Shown here: positions 37,705 through 47,319 of the stretch, piece after piece | How positions within the stretch are numbered: the first letter of the stretch is position 1 | How the letters are laid out: each line of letters starts with the position of its first letter | Origin: Squalus acanthias | Lineage: Eukaryota | Direction: 5' to 3' | Length of the DNA: 64,000 nt | NCBI GenBank assembly: GCA_030390025.1 | Contig: CM059431.1 | Span: forward strand, 149,174,001-149,238,000 | Notes under the pieces: generated by a model | Told to the model about the DNA's origin: nothing | Database searches by the model: none | Seen by the model: the letters and a program-made list of their open reading frames with translations, nothing else | Translations under genes and position numbers: made by a program

Positions 37705-38996
37705 ACCGAGCCGCCGATTCGGCAGCCCGACAAGCTGTGTTGGTTATCCCTGTGATGGCCCTTAGTCCTAAGGAAGTAGCACAAATTGAAAAGGCTTCCC
37801 TGATCAACGATTTAACGAACGATACGCTCCTAACCGCGTACCTTTCCGAGTCCCCTGAGAATATACAGTTTTGGGTGCGTGAGGGAGCGTACAAAGACTC
37901 TAGTGGGTTTTGGCGTCACGAGACAAAGTACGTAGTTCCTACGTCGATTCGACGTGCCCTGATACAATCTTACCATGAGCCTGCACACGTGGGAGGGTAT
38001 AAGCTATATTACATTATAGCTGACACCTGGTGGTGGCCCAGCATGGCCAGAGAAATCCACGAGTACGGGCGCCTATGTCTGCCCTACCTCCAAACAGGAA
38101 TCAGGAGCCACATACGAGTGCGTATGGGGCACGCACGGCGGCCCAGGGGACCCTGGACGCACTTACAAATGGATTACACAGGACCCCTACCCCCCACTGG
38201 CGCGTATAACCATGTCTTTGTAGTCATCGACCTTTTTACCCGTTGGGTCGAGGCTTTCCCCACAAGGAGGAATACAGCTGAAGCAGCTGCAAAAATCCTG
38301 GCGATGGAAGTCATTCCCCGATGGGGAGTGCCTTACCAAATAGATTCTGACCAGGGAACCCACTTCACCGGCAAGGCTATGAAACAGGCTTTAGCCCTCC
38401 TGGGGGTTCGACAACGGTTCCACATCCCTTACCATCCGCAATCCTCAGGAATGGTGGAACGGATGAACCGTACTTTAAAACAATCTGTGACTAAGGCCAT
38501 TTTACAGACCGGAAAGGGGTGGCATGCAGTTCTCCCCGCCATTCTTTGGGGCATACGAGCCACGCCAGCCAAAGGTACTGGCTTATCCCCGTTCGAACTA
38601 ATGACTGGACGAGCTATGGTGTTACCCCAAGACGCACCCCCTCAGGGTACGGGGGACACTTCACAATTCCAGACAACCCTCCTGACATACCTACGCCTGA
38701 TCAGTGAGGCCAATCAGGCCAATCACTTTCGGGTCCAACACCTACAGGAGGCACAGGATGCCAAGGGACAAATGGGAGTTTGGAAAGCGCCTCCTCAAGT
38801 AGGACAGTGGGTGATGGTTCAGCGACCGGTTCGAGGTACCTTTGAGCCGCGCTGGGATGGGCCCTTCCAGATCGTCCTAAGTACAGGGACTTCCGTGTGC
38901 CTACAGGAAAAATTAGATGTAAGATGGAGACACTGGAGCCAGACTAAGCCGGTGACGGGGCCCGGGGAAGAGATTTCCCCACCTCTTGGAGACTGA
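37674..38996 (+). CDS. pol: Truncated pol: RNase H C-terminal helix plus open retroviral-type integrase
   Basis: Open frame from 37674 reads KTGETPEIQGNRAADSAARQA (RNase H GNxxAD motif); then HHCC region (YHEPAH...CLPY, last Cys replaced by Tyr), catalytic D (LQMDY), D (DSDQG), 35 residues, E (GMVER), and GPF motif (WDGPFQI); no in-frame ATG before the RNase H tail. Confidence 0.93.
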   Translation, partial: KTGETPEIQGNRAADSAARQAVLVIPVMALSPKEVAQIEKASLINDLTNDTLLTAYLSESPENIQFWVREGAYKDSSGFWRHETKYVVPTSIRRALIQSYHEPAHVGGYKLYYIIADTWWWPSMAREIHEYGRLCLPYLQTGIRSHIRVRMGHARRPRGPWTHLQMDYTGPLPPTGAYNHVFVVIDLFTRWVEAFPTRRNTAEAAAKILAMEVIPRWGVPYQIDSDQGTHFTGKAMKQALALLGVRQRFHIPYHPQSSGMVERMNRTLKQSVTKAILQTGKGWHAVLPAILWGIRATPAKGTGLSPFELMTGRAMVLPQDAPPQGTGDTSQFQTTLLTYLRLISEANQANHFRVQHLQEAQDAKGQMGVWKAPPQVGQWVMVQRPVRGTFEPRWDGPFQIVLSTGTSVCLQEKLDVRWRHWSQTKPVTGPGEEISPPLGD

Positions 38997-39168
38997 AAAA
39001 AAAAAGGTAAAATTCAGAATTTGCTGAGCGAAAGGAATCTTAAAGGGAATGCTGAGATCTCAGTCTGTGTGTAAGTCTGTGTGAAAGTCTGTGTGAAAGT
39101 TTCCTGACTATAAACTCTAAGAAGTTACGGTATTTCCTTGGTCTGAAATTCTGTTTTAAAAAGGGTGC

Positions 39169-39304
39169 CTGTTGTATCTGTTAGCTCCACCCACCTTTTG
39201 GTACAGAGAGCTAAAAGCTGTTAACCCTTTTGAGGAAATGTCTGTTGTATCTGTTAACTCCACCCACCTTTTGGTACAGAGAGCTAAAAGCTGTTAACCC
39301 TTTT
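39169..39304 (+). repeat. 63-bp direct repeat x2 in the proviral pol-ORF spacer
   Basis: CTGTTGTATCTGTTA(G/A)CTCCACCCACCTTTTGGTACAGAGAGCTAAAAGCTGTTAACCCTTTT at 39169-39231 and 39242-39304. Confidence 0.92.
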
Positions 39305-39473
39305 AAGCTGTCAACCCTTTTAAAGACATATTTGTTGTGTTCGTTTTACAATTAAAAAAAGAAATAAAAACAAGTATTGACCTGCCTTTTCTCCCCTATA
39401 CTTGATAAGGACCGGATTTCGAAGGATTAAGTCGGTTCCTCGGGTTGCTATTTTACCTGTCTCTTTCTTACAG

Positions 39474-40133
39474 ATGAGTGGGTCTGACCTCAGTAGTGCC
39501 ACCACTACCGGGGATGTCGAGTTTTCCACGGTCCAGGCTTTCGACTTAACCAGGGATCCCGCGAACTCACATTATTATACGACTCTAACCTTCCCCGGGA
39601 TTCACCCCTTGACTCTAGAGTTCCGGTTATCTCCCTTTTGTGGTAGGGCCACCGGACCCCTCGCTTTTCATCCCAACAGAACTCAGACTCTTTTATTCAC
39701 CCTACCCCGTGCAGGGGAGACTGACCGGTTCCGAGATACAGCTGCTCTTTGGGAACCGCTGGTGTCGGGACTGGAGGACCTTCCTCAGGGGATATCCACT
39801 CCCTATTATAGACCCTCCTACCTCCGAAGGAGGACAGTGCAACCTGTCTTCACCCATCCCCGTCCGACAGCTCCTAACCCTTACCGGATCACGTTAAGTC
39901 AGGTAAGTTACATTGAGCCACTGTCACAAGGCCACCGTCTCCGCCTCAATGCCACATATGAAGTAGCCCCAACCCCGCTCCGAGCCCTGCGCACACGGCC
40001 AATACCCGGACAGACAGGGAGAGAGACAGAGAGAGACAGAGAGAGAGAGAGCCTGCTAGTTACTACTGTACAAGCTAGTGTCGAGACAGATAAACAAATT
40101 GGACTCCTTCTGCCTAGCGGAGGTATAGGATAA
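39474..40133 (+). CDS. Orphan accessory-type ORF between pol and env (219 aa from ATG; possible internal exon 39474-39902)
   Basis: Strong acceptor TTTTACCTGTCTCTTTCTTACAG directly followed by ATG at 39474; consensus donor CAG|GTAAGT after 39902; no stop until 40131-40133; no recognisable domain. Confidence 0.55.
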   Translation: MSGSDLSSATTTGDVEFSTVQAFDLTRDPANSHYYTTLTFPGIHPLTLEFRLSPFCGRATGPLAFHPNRTQTLLFTLPRAGETDRFRDTAALWEPLVSGLEDLPQGISTPYYRPSYLRRRTVQPVFTHPRPTAPNPYRITLSQVSYIEPLSQGHRLRLNATYEVAPTPLRALRTRPIPGQTGRETERDRERESLLVTTVQASVETDKQIGLLLPSGGIG

Positions 40134-40135
40134 CC

Positions 40136-42223
40136 ATGGGGTGGCTTATCATGGAAATGATAGGGATACTGATCAGTGAACAAACAACACGCATCACGAC
40201 ACTGGGTTTCTGCGTCGACCGGTCGGGAGCCCCCCTTTTTCTCTGAAATGCCTACTGTTCCACACAAAACGCACAGGGGAGTCTGTACCAGTAAAATCAC
40301 AGGGAAGACGGACAGGATATGCTGTCAGAATAATGCGGTGCACTGGGACCCCTCATGCACGCCTACCTCAGAGAGATGTCAGACTTTCGGAATCATAGAA
40401 CAATACGTGGAGCCCGGTCTACCGCTGGTGATCGACAGCTACTGGGCTGCCCCCCCTACACCCCTGTCCCCAATGGTTTCCACAAAACATTTCCCCTCCG
40501 AGCGCGAGCCACTGACCTGCCCCCCTCGTGAAAGAGGGACCCGCTAGTGGGTTGGTGTTCACCCGTACTGGGGATATATTGTATGATAACGTGCGTCATG
40601 AATTAGTGTCAGTGGTGCTAAACCTGGCCAACACCGCCCTGCCTGCTTGGTGCTCACCACAAACCCAACAGTTATACCAGCGCCTTCTAACACAGGTATT
40701 GAAACAAGGCGCGGATCGTAGCGGAGGCGGATATAGACAGGGAAGCCGGAGGGTATGGCGACGTAAGAGGTCTTTAGTTAATGATGCAGCAACGATTTTT
40801 AACACTGGCACGTCGGTCGTTAACACCATTGATCTGGCTACCGTAGATCAGATGGTCCGGGATCTGGGTTACCGCATTAAAGCTATCTTACAAGAGCAAA
40901 ATAAGAATGAGGACCAAGAGTTAAAGGAGGACCAGATATTAACCGTATACCTGCAGTATATAGCTACTGTGTTAGAAACACACGCACAGACTATAAATAA
41001 GTTAATTAAAGAAGAATACAATGCCTCACAGCAGGCAGCAGCAAACGACGTTTGCAGCACATATGGGAATTGGATAGTGGAGCAAACCCGAGAAAACCTG
41101 GAACAGATACAGGCAGGGGAGGTACCCCTGTGGATTACCAACCAACAGTTAAAAGGGACCCTGGCTCGCGGACACGCTGGGGCGGGTACACCCAAACATC
41201 TCTTAAGTAGCCTCAATATGACAGTTTGTCAATTCCGAGCCATGGTACGGGTATTCCCCACGCAGGTTGAATGCAGACCAGACGGGGGGGGGATTTCTGG
41301 GGCTAATTCTGGTCGTCCCGGTAATGACACCAGAGACACAAGGGCGGGAGGTGTATCAGGTACAAAATATTGGTATACTAAAAGATGGCATGCATATATC
41401 TTACCACAATATGTTACCTTGCGCAGTGATGGTGAAAGGAGATTGGATGGTTACCAAGCTGGAGAGATGTGTCACCAGACATGCCATCATCATGTGCCCG
41501 CATGCAATCAGCCAAAGCCCGCAAGCCCAATGTGGTTTTAATAACACAGGCATGGAAATTAACTGCACCATGGAAGCATTGGACGCAGCCTCAAAGCCTA
41601 CCCAGGTGGCGTACGCCAGCAAAGGCGAATACTGTGTGACGACCAACCTGAAAACGTTTGAGTATGCCAATCTAACTTGCAACATCCCCAGTTCAGAGTT
41701 CTGCTTCTACCCCGCAGTTCCGGTACGGATTGGACATGAGGAATTGGTGGACATACACCAGTTTGATATTACCTTTCTTCAAGTGTCTGAAGACGTCAAG
41801 TATGGATTATGGGACTACATCAACACCTTTGGGTATCCTATACCCCCCCTGCCCGAACTCCTGAGGCAGTTGCGAAAGGAGATACGACTCTCCCAGAAGG
41901 TGTACTATACTCTACAACAACGGAACACGGATCTGAAGAAAGATATCGACGCGATCAAGGTGACCACATGGCTGGATGACATTTGGGACTGGGGACTAAA
42001 TATACAGATCCATCCATGGATCCGATTGATTTCACATGTATTAGTCGTGATGCAGTTAGTAATTGTCCTGACCTAGTTATGTATGACATGCAGGAAATGT
42101 AAACGGACTCGGGCTAAACAAATTGCAAAGCAAGCGGTTAAAACTGTTAATGCGTGCACTGCTCCTACTCCAAGTGTTGCAGATGATGATTTTGACAACT
42201 TGTTGGAGAAATCATGTGCATGA
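40136..42223 (+). pseudogene. env: env-like class I fusion glycoprotein with F-protein-like layout, disrupted
   Basis: Kozak ACCATGG at 40136 with hydrophobic leader MGWLIMEMIGILIS; furin site RRKR at 40759-40770, then a fusion-peptide-like segment and heptad region; Cys-rich middle; second heptad; W-rich WLDDIWDW; TM segment; basic tail. Three +1 frameshifts at C6T5 (40230-40240), C6 (40520-40525) and G9 (41284-41292), plus TAG at 42074-42076. Confidence 0.88.
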
Positions 42224-42550
42224 ATAATGAAGCAAATATATAATGAATCGGGGAATGCCTAAATAGCAACTTCACTCATCTGATGCATACCTGGTGCCTA
42301 GACGGGTGGCCACCCCGACAGGACTCACACCAGACCACATGCAACGAATGTGCGGCCTACCTGGAATAGCCAAAGGCCTAGGGGGAAGTATAGAATAAAT
42401 TGGGTGGGTTTACAGGTAAACCTTCATCATTCGTGCTAGTTGATCCGGGAAAAACCTATATGCGTTTCTGACATATTATACACTCACTAGCTTATCACAC
42501 TATTTAGCGTAGAGAGCACACTCTCCAACCCCCTTTAAGGGTCCTTTTCG

Positions 42551-42568
42551 GGGGATTGGAAGGGGGGA
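42551..42568 (+). promoter_or_regulatory. Polypurine tract
   Basis: GGGGATTGGAAGGGGGGA ending 1 nt before the 3' LTR. Confidence 0.88.
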
Positions 42569-42569
42569 C

Positions 42570-43332
42570 TAAAGGATCCAGCTTGTTCCCAAAGAATGCT
42601 GGGATACTTGACTACATTACCCTCTCCTTATTTCGGATAGTAGGTTTAGCTAATTAAGGCATATTTGTAGACTGGAAGGTGCCTCCCTCCCCTTATCAAA
42701 CCTTGGGATATATGTATTCACAACCTCAGTAGAGCCATTGTCAAAGCACAGCCTGGCCTCCCAAGAGATAAGGGAGCAATTAACAACCAACACAGTTCCA
42801 GGCACGGGGGGTACATCTACTATTCGAACCTGGTCTCCCAAGAGATAAGGGAGCAATTAATGACCAACACGGTTCCAGTCACTGAGCATCCAAGCCATTA
42901 CGGCCTTGAGCCACCCCGCTCTGTCCGACAGCCAGGGATAAAATATGTTTTCTCAAACTATAAACTATGCCCGCAAAGGAAGAGATAACAGCAAGAATTT
43001 GGGGAGTAGGATGAGGCAACCAACATCTGTGACTGGCATGGTCAGGGTTCAAGGGGAGGGCCCGACAGTTGAGTGACTAACCATATAACCAATAGAGAGT
43101 AACTGTAGTGACACTGTTTGGACGTGTACGCCCCATTCTGTAGTAAGTGGGCGGTGCTTATAGAAATGTATAACTGAAATGAACCGTTACTTGTTCCTCA
43201 GAGAGTGCGCCCCGAGCTTGAGGAAGCTGAGTGGCTCTCCCTTCTGCACAAGTCTTTTGTTTATTTTAATAAATTCTGAACTTGTCCTCAATTCCGTCTC
43301 CGTCTAGATTTTCTCCAAATTCGAATCTAACA
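42570..43332 (+). repeat. 3' LTR
   Basis: TAAAGGATCC...AATCTAACA; matches the 5' LTR with roughly 20 differences by eye; the initial TG reads TA in this copy. Confidence 0.97.
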
Positions 43333-43527
43333 CTAGTTCAGCAACAAAACAACTATAAAACCGTACCCTTCAAATATATCGCCGTTCCTTCATCATCACT
43401 GGGTCAAAAGCCTGAAATTCCTTCCGTAACAGTATTGTGGGAGCACCTTCACCACACGGACTGCAGCGTCTCAAGATGAAGACCCACCAATCCAATTTAT
43501 CATGGATAAATAGGGATGGGCAAGTAA

Positions 43528-46500
43528 TAAGAACATAAGAAATAGGAGCAGGATTAGGCCAATCGGCCCCTCGAGACTGCTCCGCCATTCAATAAGATCA
43601 TGGCTGATCTAATCCTAACCTCAAATCTAAAGAACACAAGTAGTAGGAGCAGGACCCTGCCACTCAGCCCCTGGGCCCGTTCCGCCCCCCACAGGGCCCT
43701 GACCGATCCTAACTCAGCCTCATGTCCAATTTCCTGCCCGCTCACCGTAACCCCTAATTCCCTTTACCTCTAGGAAACTATCTATTTCTGCTTTAAATTT
43801 ATTTAATTATGTAGCTTCCACAGGAACCTGGGGCAGCAAATTCCACAGAGCTACGACCCTCTGAGTGTAGAAGTTTCTCCTCATCTCAGTTTTAATAGAG
43901 CAGCCCCTTATTCTAAGATTATTGTCCCTACTTCTAGTTTCACCCATCCTTGGGAACATCCTTACCGCATCCACCCGATCAAGCCTCTTCACAATCTTAT
44001 ATGTTTCAATAAGATCGCCTCTCATTCTTCTGAACGCCAATGAGTAGAGTCCCAATCTTCTCAACCTCTCCTCATATGTCTACACCCTCATCCCCGGTAT
44101 TAACCGAGTGAACCTTCTTTGTACTGACTCGAGAGCAAGTATGTCTTTTCTTAAGGATGGAGACCAAAACTGTATGCAGTATTCCACGTGCGGTCTCTCC
44201 AATACCTTATATAACTGCAGCAGCACCTCCCTGTTTTTATAATCTATCCCCCTAGCTATAAAAGCCAACATTCCGTTGGCCTTCTTGATCACCTGCTGCA
44301 CCTGCATACTAACTTTTTGATTTTCTTGCACTAGGACCCCCAGATCCCTTTGAACTGCAGTTATTTCCAGTTTCTCGCCATTAAGATAATAACTTGCTCT
44401 CTGATTTTTCCTGCCAAAGTACATAACCTCACATTTTCCAATATTGTATTGCATCTGCCAAATTTCCGCCCACTCACCCAGCCTGTCTATATCCACTTGT
44501 AGGTTTTTTATGATCTCCTCACTTTCTACTTTCCCCCCCATCTTTGTATCAACTGCAAACTTTGATATGTTACACTCTGTCCCCTTCTCCAAATCGTTAA
44601 CACAGATTGTAAAGAGTTGGGGACCCAGCACCGACCCCTGCGGAACACCACTGGCTACTGGTTGCCAGACCGAGAATGAAACATTTATCCCAACTCTCTG
44701 CTTACTGTTATATAACCAATCCTCCACCCATGCCAGAATATTACCCCCAATCCAGTGATTTTTTATCTTGAGCAATAATGTTTTATGTGGCACCTTGTCG
44801 AATGCCTTCTGGAAGTCTAAATATACTACGTCCACTGGTTCCCCTTTATCCACCCTGAACGTTATGTCCTCAAAGAACTCAAGCAAATTTGTCAGACATG
44901 ACTCCCCCTTCATAAAGCCATGCTGACTTTGTCCTATTAAATTATGTTTATCTAAATGTTCCGTTACTGTCGCCTTAATAATAGACTCAAAATTTTACCC
45001 ACCACAGATGTTAGGCTAACTGGTCTATAATGTCCAGCCTTCTGCCTACTTCCCTTTTAAATAAGTGTGTTACATTAGCAGTTTGCCAATCTGCCAGGAC
45101 CTTTGCTGAGTCCAGAGATTTTGGAAAATTATTACCAAAGCATCCACAATCGCTACTGCCACTTCCCTCAAGACCCTAGGATGTAAGCCATCAGGTCCAG
45201 GGGATTTATCCGCCTTGAGTCCCATTATTTTACTGAGTACCAATTCCTTAGTGATTTTCATCGTATTTAGCTTCTCCCCCCCTAGAGCCCCCTGTTTGTC
45301 CAGTGTTGTGATATTCTTAGTGTCCTCTACCGTAAAGACTGAAACAAAATATTTGTTCAGCATTTTTGCCATCTCCATGTTTTCCACCATTAATTTCCCG
45401 GTCTCATCCTCTAAGGGACCTACGTTTGCCTTAGCAACCCATTTACTTTTTATATAACTATCGAAACTCTTGCTATCTGTTTTTATATTTTTTGCTAATT
45501 TATTTTCATAATCTATCTTCCCTTTCTTAATAAATCCTTTAGTTATTTTTTGCTGTCTTTTGAAGAATTCCCAATCTTCTATCCTCCCACTAACTTTGGC
45601 TACCTTATATGTCCTTGTCTTTAGTCGGATACTATCCTTAATTTCTTTACTTAGCCATGGATGGCTGTCATTTCTTTTACACCCTTTTTTCCTTAGTGGA
45701 ATATATTTTTATTGAAAGTTGTAAAATAACTTCTTAAATGAACACCACTGCTCATGTAACGTCTTACCCTTTAATCTATTTTCCCAGCCCACTTTAATCA
45801 ATTCCGCTCTCATACCATCATAGTCTCCTTTATTCATGCTCAGTGCGCTTGTTTGAGAACCAACCTTCTCACCCTCTAATTGGATATGGAATTCAACCAT
45901 GTTATGGTCACTCATTCCAAGGGGATCCTTAACTAGGACATTATTAATTAATTCTGACTCATTACACAGGACCAGGTCCAAAGTTGCTTGCCCCCTTGTA
46001 GGATCAGTTACATACTGCTCAAGAAATCCATCCCTAATACACTCAATAAACTCTTCCTCAAGGCTGCCCTGCCCAATTTGATTTGTCCAGTTAATATGAT
46101 AGTTAAAATCTCCCATAATTATAGCTGTTCCCCTATTACATGCCCCAACTATTTTATGATTAATACTTCTTGCAGCAGAGTTGCAACTATTAGGAGGCCT
46201 ATATACTACTCCCACTAGTGTTTTTTTCCCCTATTATTCCTTATCTCCACCCAAACTGTTTCATTATCCTGATCCTTTGACCCAATATCATTTATCTCTA
46301 TTACAGTGATTACTTCCTTTATTAACATAGCCACCACACCTACACTTCCTTCCTGCCTGTCCTTCCTGATTGTTAAATACCCTGGCATATTTAGTTCCCA
46401 GTCGTTGTCACCCTGCAGCCATGTTTCTGTAATGGCCACAAGATCATACCCATACGTAGTTATTTGTGCCGTAAACGCGTCCATTTTATTACGAATGCTA

Positions 46501-47090
46501 CGTGCATTCAGATAAAGTACTTTCAAATATGTTTTCTGACACTTAGTTCCTGCTTTTTCCTTTTTAACACTTTACCTTTTACTCCATACCTTCTGTCCCT
46601 TCCTGACACGCTTTGCTCTGTCTGACTGCTCAGGTGCCCAATCCCCTGACACTTCAGTTTAAACCCTACACAACAGCACTAGCAAACGCTCCCCCTAGAA
46701 TAGCGGTCTCGGCCCTGCCCAGGTGCAGACGGTCCGGTTTGTACTGGTCCCACCTCCCACAGAACCGGTTCCAATGTCCCAGGAGTTTGAATCCCTTGCC
46801 CCATTCCTCTAGCCACGTATTCATTTGAAATATCCTCCTATTTCTACTCTGACTAGCACTGGTAGCAATCCTGAGATTACTACCTTTGAGGTACTATTTT
46901 TTAATTTACCTCCTAACTCCCTATATTCTGCTTTTAGGACCTCATCCCCTTTTTTACCTATATCGTTGGTGCCTATGTGCACCACGACAGCTGGCTGTTC
47001 GCCCTACCTCTTCAAAATGTCTGTAGTCGCTCCGAGACATCCTTGACCCTTGCACCAGGGAGGCAACACACCATCCTGGAGTCTCGATTG
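43528..47090 (-). mobile_element. Long CR1 LINE: ORF1 esterase 3' part plus ORF2 (endonuclease and RT) with frameshifts
   Basis: LYLNARSIRNK, AITETWL, GVVYRPP, MGDFN, SDHN, YLDFQKAFDKVPH, GVPQGSVLGP. Confidence 0.95.
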
Positions 47091-47319
47091 TGGCTTTAAC
47101 AGTGCCACCAATATTCTGAGAACAAATAACTATAAATAATGAAATGGGAATAACATCAATGATTTGTAATTCATTCATTGAAACCAGACAAGATCTATGA
47201 TCATTGCGAATGTCATGCTCTGATACACAAATTGTCAAAGTAACTTTTCTCAGCAATTCTATGGTTTTATGATTGATGCTACTCACACTCTACCCATTTC
47301 CCTATCTTTTCAAAAGTTG

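Larger units (their letters stand above)
35934..43332 (+). mobile_element. Endogenous retrovirus-like provirus (LTR-PBS-gag remnant-RNaseH tail/integrase-orphan ORF-F-like env-PPT-LTR), RT-less
   Basis: Two 763-bp direct repeats (35934-36696, 42570-43332); element begins TG and ends CA; CTAG on both flanks (35930-35933, 43333-43336); PBS, PPT, integrase and env-like ORFs inside. Confidence 0.97.
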
